Shown here: positions 20,722 through 30,000 of the stretch, in pieces
How positions within the stretch are numbered: position 1 is the stretch's first letter
Layout: each line of letters opens with the position of its first letter
DNA from: Microcoleus sp.
GTDB taxonomy: Bacteria > Cyanobacteriota > Cyanobacteriia > Cyanobacteriales > Microcoleaceae
NCBI GenBank assembly: GCA_042408215.1
Contig: JAYFMW010000030.1
Span: 448,001 to 512,000 of the forward strand
Direction: 5' to 3'
DNA: 64,000 nucleotides
Position numbers and translations under genes: made by a program
Notes under the pieces: generated by a model
What the model was told of the DNA's origin: nothing
The model's input: the letters and a program-made list of their open reading frames with translations, nothing else
Databases searched by the model: none

Positions 20722-20914
20722 TTCTCCAAAAAGCTTAATTTCTCACTCTATTTTTACCCTTCCTTTCCTTGTTGGGGAGGTTTTTTTATTTTCAGATCGT
20801 GTGGCGGTTGAAACCGCAACTACACAAAGGAATTCTGCCTCCGCAGACTAAGAGATCGAGTAGGGACAGGAGATATCCTGTCCCTAGGGTGTTGATTGTG
20901 CGATCGCACTTTTG

Positions 20915-21158
20915 GGCAATGTTAAAAACGATTCCGACATTTCAAGAGTATATTCTGATTGACCAATCTCAGGTTTATGTAGAACAGTATTGTAAGTTGG
21001 CAAACAAGCGGTGGTCGTATCGTCAGTATGATGAGGAGGATGCGGCGCTAGTTTTTAGTTTTTTTCAGGTTGAAGTGCCGCTGGCTGATGTCTATGAAAA
21101 GGTGGATTTTGAGGCGGAGAATGAGGAAACTGAACCAGAAGAGAGTGAGGGGGAATAA
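20915..21158 (+). pseudogene. C-terminal fragment of a Uma2 family protein
   Basis: IPTFQEYILIDQ...LADVYEKV; N-terminal half missing, upstream part of the ORF is repeat DNA. Confidence 0.7.
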
Positions 21159-21175
21159 GGGCGATCGCTCTTGGT

Positions 21176-21682
21176 TTATTCAAGCACTTTGATGATGGTG
21201 GCGATCGGGATAAACAGTGAAAGCTCATCATCTTCTAACGGTATGAAACCATATTTCAAATAAAATTCTTTAGCTGGCTGATTTTTACTATCGACTATCA
21301 CCGCAAATATCCCCACCTCAGAGGAGAGGCGAACTGAAGATCGAAATGACTCCATTAACAGTTCTCTTCCTAATCCTCTCCCCTGCATTGAGATAGCCAC
21401 AGCAAGTTTGCCTAGACGTATTGCTGGTACTGGATAGCGAGGTAATCCTCTGCGATAATTTTCAGGTAAAGATTCGCGTTTAATTTCGGCCGTACTGACA
21501 GAATAATAGCCTGCTACATCTCCAGTTTCATCTTCTGGAATTGCCACAAAGGTTTTAGCGATTCCTCTTCTATCATTCTGTCGGGCATATTTTTTGAGGT
21601 ACTCATTTAACTCTGGTATACCGCAGTCAAAAGCTTCTCTTTTTAATCGGCTATCATCTATTGCACAAAAAATCCATTTCAT
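21176..21682 (-). CDS. GNAT acetyltransferase toxin (AtaT/TacT-like)
   Basis: FDCGIPELNEYL, PAIRLGKLAV, QGRGLG, FYLKYGF. Confidence 0.92.
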   Translation of the reverse strand: MKWIFCAIDDSRLKREAFDCGIPELNEYLKKYARQNDRRGIAKTFVAIPEDETGDVAGYYSVSTAEIKRESLPENYRRGLPRYPVPAIRLGKLAVAISMQGRGLGRELLMESFRSSVRLSSEVGIFAVIVDSKNQPAKEFYLKYGFIPLEDDELSLFIPIATIIKVLE

Positions 21683-21685
21683 TGT

Positions 21686-21970
21686 TTACCAGTTCCCGTA
21701 CTTTTCCTGATGCTCTTTGATAGCTGCTTTGAGGGCGGGGTTAGGTTCCGGTGGATTTTCGATGGCGGATGCAAAGATTTCCCAGTCGCGATCGCTCAAT
21801 ACAATTTGCTCTACTTCTAGAGGTGGCTGTTTGGCTGCATTCAGAGCGATTTCTAGCAGATACTCACCTAGATTCATAGACTTTGCTGCGGCTGCTTTTT
21901 CTAGGATTTCTTTATCTGTTTGGCTGAGGGTTAACTCTATTTTTGTTGGGGTATCGGTTGGTGTTGACAT
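21686..21970 (-). CDS. DUF1778 ribbon-helix-helix antitoxin
   Basis: KEILEKAAA, IVLSDRDWEIF...IENPPEPNPALK; directly upstream of the GNAT toxin. Confidence 0.9.
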   Translation of the reverse strand: MSTPTDTPTKIELTLSQTDKEILEKAAAAKSMNLGEYLLEIALNAAKQPPLEVEQIVLSDRDWEIFASAIENPPEPNPALKAAIKEHQEKYGNW

Positions 21971-22035
21971 TGTTTTGTTATAAAATGGCGATCGACTAAT
22001 TTTATTGTAGCAATATTGATGAGAGCAACATTGGC

Positions 22036-22599
22036 TCATCTCTGAATTACCCGATTCACTTCTGCTAACGGCAGTTCTAAAGATTCTGCAATTTGTTCGG
22101 CACTCAAACCCAGTTTTGCCAATTTAGGGACTGCTTCTAACTTAGCTTTGCGTTCGGCTTCTTCTAAAAGTTTTTGATAATTTGGATATCCTTTGACATC
22201 ATTATCACTTTTATTGTCTGATGCCGATCGTTCTGACGAAAGTGATTCAGATTCTTGTGCGGGATTGGTACAAAAATTAATATGCCCAATTTGTACCGGA
22301 TTCCCACTATTTGAGAAATTTACTATTCGCCATCTTTCTACCGTAGCGCGAAAGTTTGATTTGTTAATGTCTGCGCCCAGCGCAGTTGAGAGTATCTGCC
22401 ATAGCTCATAGCTAGCATCCCTTACATGACCCTGACTACAGTGATATTCTTCCGCAATTTGCGCGTATTTCCGATTATTCAAGACTCCTTTGAGGATTGC
22501 TACTTGCAGGGTGTCGAGGTGTTTGCCAGTCTTGGAAAAAACTAGCTCATCAATAGACTTTAAGACATCTTGGGTATCCATCAGCATATCTGAATACAA
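22036..22599 (-). CDS. Stand-alone HTH protein (cyanobacterial NB-ARC N-terminal-type HTH plus Rpn-like C-terminal helix)
   Basis: YAQIAEEYHCSQGHVRDASYELWQILS...INKSNFR; KLEAVPKLAKLGLSAEQIAESLEL. Confidence 0.7.
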   Translation of the reverse strand: MYSDMLMDTQDVLKSIDELVFSKTGKHLDTLQVAILKGVLNNRKYAQIAEEYHCSQGHVRDASYELWQILSTALGADINKSNFRATVERWRIVNFSNSGNPVQIGHINFCTNPAQESESLSSERSASDNKSDNDVKGYPNYQKLLEEAERKAKLEAVPKLAKLGLSAEQIAESLELPLAEVNRVIQR

Positions 22600-22614
22600 A
22601 ACTATTTTAGTATA

Positions 22615-22653
22615 ACCCGTTTTTTTCCGACTTTATCCGCTTTTTTCCGACTT
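22615..22653. promoter_or_regulatory. Four CCG-core direct repeats at exact 10-bp period, putative operator
   Basis: CCG at 22617, 22627, 22637 and 22647 between divergent genes. Confidence 0.5.
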
Positions 22654-22792
22654 GCCAAAGCTGCGATCGGTTGACATTATAAGTAGTATCAAGTTGATTA
22701 AATTACTTGCCGAATTATCGATGGGTATATTTGGAGCGTCAGCCACAATACCGAATTGATATAGCCAACAGCTATTACTTCACTTTGTCAAT

Positions 22793-23266
22793 ATGAACAA
22801 GTTATTTCCCTTCGTTTTCCTCTCGTCTGTTCTCCTCCTTGCTACAACTGAAAGCACTTTTTATAAAAGTGTTAACGCTCAGTCATTCCAACGTAATCGC
22901 CCCGATTTAAACGGTCTGCTAGTTAGAAATCCGGGTAATGGTATGATTTTCTGGGTTGACCGTGGTCAGCGCCGCCATATCGCAGGTCCCAGTATATATA
23001 CAAGATTGTTTGTACCCAAACATCGAGATTATTTAGAAACCGATGTCATTGAACCCGGACCATCTATAACAAATGATAACAGACTTGTCCGTTGTGGAGA
23101 AAACGGACATCCTTTGAAAAACCGTATATACCTTTTAGACGAGGGTACAAAAAGGCACGTCACCTCTCCAACTGTTATGGATAAGAATAACTTTAACGGG
23201 AAAGGGGTTAATACTATTGATTGTCCGGTTCTGGCTACGATACCAGACGGAGCTTCTATCCGGTAG
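22793..23266 (+). CDS. Secreted protein with two internal repeats
   Basis: Signal peptide ending VNAQ; IFWVDRGQRRHI / IYLLDEGTKRHV repeat. Confidence 0.75.
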   Translation: MNKLFPFVFLSSVLLLATTESTFYKSVNAQSFQRNRPDLNGLLVRNPGNGMIFWVDRGQRRHIAGPSIYTRLFVPKHRDYLETDVIEPGPSITNDNRLVRCGENGHPLKNRIYLLDEGTKRHVTSPTVMDKNNFNGKGVNTIDCPVLATIPDGASIR

Positions 23267-23381
23267 AGTAGTCAAAAAGAAGCAAGGTTGCAGACTTCAT
23301 AACTGTCATTTTTCGCTGAACCTTTTAGCTACCACTAGAAAAGCGATCGCGCATTTATTTCAGGAAACCTCAACAGATACC

Positions 23382-23446
23382 GTAGGGTGCGTCGCTATCG
23401 AAAATCTCCGAACTAAATCGAAAATCTCATAGCGACGCACCCTACC
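23382..23446. repeat. GTAG-type REP-like inverted repeat (GTAGGGTGCGTCGC...GCGACGCACCCTAC)
   Basis: Related copies at about 31845-31908 and 55330-55395. Confidence 0.75.
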
Positions 23447-23503
23447 AGATATTATCGTCAAAAACCCGGTTTCTAGACTCGTCTGTGTACTCCGCAATCC
23501 AAA

Positions 23504-25030
23504 CTACGCGCCGACCGCTTCCTTGGCCGCGTACAACACCTCAGCATTAATTAGAGCAATCCCCCGATCGCGCGCGAACTTCTCAGTATTTCGCTTGACT
23601 TTCCCGCGCACAAAACCAGGAATTTTATTCAACTCAGCTTGTCCATCCTTCGTCCAATTCATATCAGAATCAGCCGAAATTCCCTTAGTAATCACTTCCT
23701 TGGTATCGTGGCCACCGAAGATTTCCAGCAAGTGGTCTTCCATGCCCAAAGTAAAGGAATTGTACACCAAATCTACGCACTGATTCGTGCCTTCATAACC
23801 CAAAAATGGCTTGTAGCCGATCGGGAAATTTTGGACGTGAATCGGCGCAGCAATTACCCCGCAAGGAATATCCAACCGCTTACCGACGTGACGTTCCATT
23901 TGTGTACCGAAAATTGCGGAAGGTTCCGCTTTCGCGATCGCATCTCCGATCGCCCCATGATCCTCCGTCACCAGCACTTCATCGCAATACCCTTTTACCT
24001 CTTCCCGGAACCAATCAGCATCGTGTTTGCAGTAGGTTCCTGCCCACACAACGTGAATTCCCATCTCGCGAGCCAAAATCTTCGTCATCGCCGCTGCGTG
24101 GGTATTATCGCCAAATACGACCGCTTTTTTGCCTGTTAAGTTTTGGCAGTCGATCGATCGCGAAAACCAAGCAGCCTGCGACACAAATCGAGTTTGTTGA
24201 TCGATGAAATCTTCATAATCAACATCAGCACCTTGAGCATTCAAAACTTGCTGAATCTTGCGAATACAGCGCGCAGTTTCCACCACACCCATCGGTGTAA
24301 TATCCACCATCGGCGTGCCGAATTCTTTTTGCAAATACTCCCCGGCCATCATCCCTAATTCCCGATAAGGAACCAGATTAAACCAAGCGCGCGGCAGTCT
24401 TTTCAAGTTATGAACCGAAGCACCTTCGGGAATAACTTCGTTGACTTCTATGCCCAAATCTGCCATCAAACGCTTCAACTCAGTGCAGTCGTGCTGGTTG
24501 TGGAAACCCAGCGTTGACATCCCGATGATGTTGACAGATGGTTTTTCGCTTTTGGCTTCTACTAAATCGCCTTTTTTGCGGGATTTGTTGATGTAAAATT
24601 GGACGATTTGATCCAAAGTGCGATCGGCAGCTTGGAGTTCGTTTACGCGATAATGGTTAACATCCGCCAGCAAAACATCGCCTTTGGCTTCCAATTGAGC
24701 TCGCTCCACGAAGTTTTCCAAGTCTTCTTGCAGAATGCTGGAAGTGCAAGTCGGAGTCAACACGATTAAATCTGGGTGTTCTTCTCTGTCTTTGCGGGTG
24801 ATGTTGTCCACCACTCTTTCTTGGGAACCGCGCGCGAGTACGTGTCTGTCAACGACGCTGGTAGTTACCGGGGTGAAGTCCCGTTCCCTCTCCAGCATGG
24901 AACGCATGACGTTAAAATAGTCGTCTCCGATGGGTGCGTGCATGATCGCATGGACGTTTTTGAAGGAAGTCGCAACGCGCAGAGTGCCGATGTGGGCTGG
25001 CCCTGCGTACATCCAATAAGCCAATTTCAT
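23504..25030 (-). CDS. chlB: Dark-operative protochlorophyllide reductase subunit B
   Basis: [28 protein letters not shown]-terminal [15 protein letters not shown]. Confidence 0.98.
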   Translation of the reverse strand: MKLAYWMYAGPAHIGTLRVATSFKNVHAIMHAPIGDDYFNVMRSMLERERDFTPVTTSVVDRHVLARGSQERVVDNITRKDREEHPDLIVLTPTCTSSILQEDLENFVERAQLEAKGDVLLADVNHYRVNELQAADRTLDQIVQFYINKSRKKGDLVEAKSEKPSVNIIGMSTLGFHNQHDCTELKRLMADLGIEVNEVIPEGASVHNLKRLPRAWFNLVPYRELGMMAGEYLQKEFGTPMVDITPMGVVETARCIRKIQQVLNAQGADVDYEDFIDQQTRFVSQAAWFSRSIDCQNLTGKKAVVFGDNTHAAAMTKILAREMGIHVVWAGTYCKHDADWFREEVKGYCDEVLVTEDHGAIGDAIAKAEPSAIFGTQMERHVGKRLDIPCGVIAAPIHVQNFPIGYKPFLGYEGTNQCVDLVYNSFTLGMEDHLLEIFGGHDTKEVITKGISADSDMNWTKDGQAELNKIPGFVRGKVKRNTEKFARDRGIALINAEVLYAAKEAVGA

Positions 25031-25404
25031 AAAAAATACTCGGTAAGTGGGAAACTCAGAGTTTTTAGACCTGAGAGGAAAACGACTTGGCGGTTTTAAC
25101 CGCCTTGAATCCCCTCCGGCGAGGGGTGGAGGGGTATGGTTGCCCCTCCGGTGAGGTATGGTTGCCTCGATCTCCCTTGCGGGGTAATGTTAGCTTCGCC
25201 AATGTTATAAGAGCTTTTTAGACCTGCAACACTGCCTCAGTGACTTTAAGACTGTTTAATTGCAGATGACAGGGCTCTTTACTAGCTTCGCATCCACAGG
25301 GTGTCATGACTCAAATAACGTAGACCTCTAAGGTCTTAGGCTGGTCAGCACAGCTTGCTCGATCGCTCTAACAAGCTCAGTCCCTTTAGGGCTGAGTTAC
25401 TGAC
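25031..25404 (-). mobile_element. Protein-free IscB-type IS200/IS605 mini-element
   Basis: Minus strand starts GTCAGTAAC plus hairpin and ends TTCCTCTCAG...CTGAGTTTCC...TTTTTT immediately before ATGA of chlB; removal restores AGGAAAAATACCT-ATG. Confidence 0.85.
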
Positions 25405-25425
25405 AGGTATTTTTCCTGATGCTGG
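25170..25425 (-). ncRNA. HEARO / IscB omega-RNA with 5-prime guide from flanking DNA
   Basis: Ordered motifs GACCAGCCTAAG, CTACGTT, GACACC, GGATGCG, GCTAGT, CTGTC, TTAAACAG, CAGTG, AACATTGGCGAAGC. Confidence 0.85.
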
Positions 25426-25749
25426 TTGAGATTTGCCCGATCGGGCTATTACTGCTAGATTTTAGAGTTGTTTCTGATTCTCTCACCGGATGAATCCTTT
25501 AGAAATAATGACTTTCTGAAGATTTACAGATGGCTGCGATCGCTCAAACCCTTTGCTGAACAGGGATTTGACTCCACACTAAAACAACTTTGCGGTTGTT
25601 TTACTGCAATAATTCTTAATTTATTGTCAATTTTCCGCCTGTCACCGCCCGATGCACAATTAACAGTCAAAGTCAAGTTTACTGCCAGATTTTCCGCTGC
25701 TGAGTTTGTATTGATAGTTGATATCAATTCCGGTTGCACCGTCAGGTGA

Positions 25750-25825
25750 TGTTGGCTGTTGGCTTTTGGCTGTTGACTGTTGGCTGTTGACTGTTGGCTG
25801 TTGACTGTTGGCTGTTGACTGTTGA
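25750..25825. repeat. STRR heptamer array (TGTTGGC/TGTTGAC)
   Basis: Direct reading. Confidence 0.9.
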
Positions 25826-26303
25826 TGGTTTGAACAATACCGATGCAACGGTCAACGATATGAGACAACACAAAATAGACCATTAGTGAAAGCAGAATTT
25901 TCCCATATTCTCATATTCAAATCTTCAATCTCAAATCTCAAATCCCTCGGCTGTTTAACCTTGGCAATTGGCTAATAATTCAGTCCACAAAATTAATATT
26001 TCATGACTTGCGTATTTTCATGTAATATGGTGGCGATCGGTCTTCAATCCAGCAATTTCCTGAAAGCTGAGATTGTTTTGTGGTCAGCTTGGCGATCGAT
26101 ACGCTACAGTAAACCCTTGCACAACTCCTATATTTGTAGCTTTCTTTACCCAACTGCATAACTGCGACTTCATCAACAGCGCGCGCAGACAGCAGCATTC
26201 GCCGTCTGCTGTCAAGGCCTTTCCCACACATCCCAAAAGATAACTCTTGAGCGATAATGGAGGATGATATTGACCAAGCACCTAATTTGAGAGAACTTTT
26301 TTT

Positions 26304-27092
26304 ATGATGGCAATTCCCGGCGTTGCAGTTCTCGCTCTTATTTATGAAAGCAGCACCTCCCTAGTTTACCGTGGTCGCAATGAGCTGGACAATCAACCTG
26401 TTATTATCAAACTGATCAAAGAAGAATATCCGACTCCTGAAGAACTGAATAGATACAGACGCGAACATGAAATTACTGCCAACTTAAACCTAGAGGGAGT
26501 TGTTAAAGTCTACAATTTGCAGCCTGTTAGAAACAGTCTGGCAATGATCTTAGAAGATTTTGGCGGCGAATCTTTAAGAATATTCATGGCTTCCCAAAAA
26601 TTGACAATTTTAGGATTTCTGACTACTGCGATCGAAGTTGCTGAAACCTTGGGAGAAATTCACGCAAACAATGTAATTCACAAAGATATTAACCCCTCAA
26701 ATATCGTTTTTAATCCGGCTACAGGACAAGTAAAACTCATCGACTTTAGCATTTCAACAGCATCAGAGCAGGCCAACATTCCCAATAAAAATCCAAATTT
26801 TTTAGAAGGTACTTTAGCCTATATGTCGCCCGAACAAACGGGCAGAATGAACCGGGTAATAGATTACCGCACCGACTTTTATTCCCTCGGCATCACCTTC
26901 TATGAATTGCTGGCAGGAAAACTTCCTTTTAGCACTTCCGATCCAATGGAGTTAGTTCACTGTCACATCGCCAAACAGCCAGTACCTCTCAATGAAATAG
27001 CACCTGAAATTCCTAAAGCTGTTTCAGATATTGTGATGAAATTGCTAGCCAAAACCGCTGAGGACATCGCTATCAAAGTGCCTGGGGAATGA
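26304..27092 (+). CDS. Ser/Thr kinase domain, N-terminal part of a split kinase-AAA-GAF-HK gene
   Basis: IHKDINPSN, LIDFS, YMSPEQTGRMN; frameshift at about 27065. Confidence 0.85.
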   Translation: MMAIPGVAVLALIYESSTSLVYRGRNELDNQPVIIKLIKEEYPTPEELNRYRREHEITANLNLEGVVKVYNLQPVRNSLAMILEDFGGESLRIFMASQKLTILGFLTTAIEVAETLGEIHANNVIHKDINPSNIVFNPATGQVKLIDFSISTASEQANIPNKNPNFLEGTLAYMSPEQTGRMNRVIDYRTDFYSLGITFYELLAGKLPFSTSDPMELVHCHIAKQPVPLNEIAPEIPKAVSDIVMKLLAKTAEDIAIKVPGE

Positions 27093-30000
27093 AAGCAGAT
27101 TTGGAATCTTGTCTGTTTCAGTTGCAGACATCCGGGTTTATTTCCGAGTTTGATCTCGGCAGTCAAGATATTTCTGATAAATTTCAAATTCCTCAAAAAC
27201 TTTACGGCAGACAGCGAGAAGTCGAAACTCTTTTAGCCGCATTTGAACGGGTAGCAGCCACAAATAATCGCTCTTACCCGCTGGAATTTTCCCAAGTTTA
27301 TGCAACCAAAAATAATTTCAAATTTGCCAGCGAAATTTCCCATTCAGTGCGAACAATAGGGGAACATAAATCCCGCAGCGAGATGATGCTGATTGCCGGT
27401 TATTCCGGTATTGGAAAATCGGCAATGGTCAAGATTTTAGCAAAACCTATTACCCGCAGGCGGGGCTATTTTATTTCGGGCAAGTTTGACCAGTACAAAC
27501 GGACTATTCCTTACTCTGCTGTTGTCAGCGCTTTTTCCGAATTGGTGCGACAACTGTTAACTGAAAGCGCAGCTCAATTAGCAGTTTGGCGCGAAAAACT
27601 CCGCACTTCCTTTGGCCAAAACGGGCAAATTATTATTGATGTAATTCCTGAAGTAGAACTGATTGTTGGGGCTCAGTCTCCTGTAGCTGAATTGGGACCG
27701 ACGGAATCTCTCAACCGCTTTAATTTAGTATTTCAAAATTTTATTCGCGTATTTTGTCAGCCAGAACAACCCCTGGTAATTTTTCTCGACGATTTGCAGT
27801 GGGCTGATTCTGCTACTCTCAAGCTGATCGAATTGATGATGACAGATGAAGCGACGCAATATCTGTTTTTAATTGGCGCTTATCGGGATAACGAAGTTAG
27901 TCCCACTCATCCTTTAATGATGACTGTGGAGACGCTGCGAAATCAAGCAGCTATTATTAATCAGATTGCTTTGTCGCCGCTGGGAGTGGAACAGATCGCT
28001 CATTTGATTGCAGAAACTTTGCATAGCGATCGAGAATCTGTTAAACCTTTGGCTGAACTGGTTGTCAGCAAAACTGACGGGAATCCTTTTTTTGTTAATC
28101 AATTTCTCCAAACCTTGTATCAGGAAAACCTGCTAGTTTTTCACCCGCCACAGTCGGGGAGCAAGGGCGGCTGGCATTGGGATATGAATCAAATCGAGCA
28201 GTGTGCCATCACTGACAATGTAGTAGATTTGATGGTACAAAAATTGAGGAAACTGCCCATTTCAACTCAGCAAGTTTTGCGTTTAGTTGCTTGTTTGGGC
28301 AATGAATTTGATTTAAACACTCTGTCTCTCATCAATGAAAAGGAAGCCTCAGAAACTTTTTCGCATTTGCTGCCAGCAATTAAGTCTGGATTAATCTTGC
28401 CAACTTCTGAATTGGAAAGTAAGTCATTAGATTATGTACTTTTTCCGCTGTTAATTCTCAATTATAAATTTTTGCACGATCGGGTACAACAAGCAGCTTA
28501 TGCTTTGATTGACGACTCGCAAAAAAAAGCTGTTCACCTGAAAATCGGGAGACAAATACTAGAAAATACTCCGGCCCAGTACCGGGCCGACAGAATCTTT
28601 GAGTTAGTCGATCATTTGAATGTGGCTCGATCGCTCATTATGGACGATCGAGAATTAATCCAACTAGCAACCCTGAATTTAGACGCGGCTCACAGAGCAA
28701 AAGATGCCACAGCTTATGTTGCTGCATTGCAATATTTGACAGCGGGAATGGACGGTTTGAGCGATGATATTTGGGACTCCCACTATGACTTAGCCTTTGC
28801 ACTGCACATAGAGCGCGCAAACGTTGAGTATTTAAACGGCTATTTCGAGAATTCAGAAGAATTTATTAATATAACTTTAGAAAAAGCCCGATCGCCCTTA
28901 GAAAAAGTAGAAATTTACAACCTGCTCATCGTACAGTACACCCTGCGCGCCAAGTACGAGGAAGCAGTCAAAGCCGGCATCAAAGCTTTGAATTTACTAG
29001 GCATTGACTTGCCCCTAGACGGGCTGGAAACAGTGATTTCTGAAGAATTTGCCGTCGCGAAATCTATTTTAGGCGATCGAGAAATTGCTTCCCTGATCGA
29101 CGAACCCGCCATGACAGTACCCGACAAAAAAGTTGCAGTTAAATTAATCACAAACTTGTTAACACCTGCGTACCTCAACAATCCAGATTTGTGGAAACTC
29201 AGCGTTTTAAAAGGACTGAATCTTTCTCTCAAATACGGTTTGGTTCCCGAAGCATCTCTTTGCTACGCGGGCTACGGTATGTTCTTAAACGCAGTTTCGG
29301 GAGACTACAAAGCAGCTTATCAATTTGCATTGCTGTCCCTAAAAGTGAGCGAAAAATCTGGAAATATCGGGTTGAAGTGCAGAGCTTGTTCATCGCTAGT
29401 CAGTATTTTTTATTACTGGTTCAACCATATCAAAGATTCCCATGCTATTAGCAATGAAGGATATCAAGCAGCTTTAGAATCAGGAGATTTAGAATATGCA
29501 GGTTATATTCTATCCAACCGCATAGCCAATTCATTCTTTCAAGGTAAAGAAATCGCGGTAGTTCTTGCCGATACAAGCAGATTTTTGCAGTTCAGCCAAA
29601 AAACCAAAAATCAGCTCGTCACCGATACATTATTAGGGGCAGAATTAATTCTACGTAACTTGAGCAAACTTACTCCTGAAAAGTTTGTATTTGAAAACGA
29701 AGAAATCAGCGAATCGCAATATGTACATAACTGCCAAGTCCATCAAAACCTGTACTCGCTCTGCCTTTATCAGATTCGCAAATGTCAGGTATTGTACTTG
29801 TATGGAAACTTTAATGAAGCATTGCAACTAGCTTTACAAGTGGAAAAACAGCTCTCTTTTATTACAGGAGCAATACCGGCTACCGAATGGAATTTTTTCT
29901 TTTCTCTAGTCTTACTCGCTGTCTATCCCAATGTTTCTCAAGACAAGAAAAAGCAATATTTGGAGAAGTTAGATACAAATCAAAAACAAATGAAAATTTG

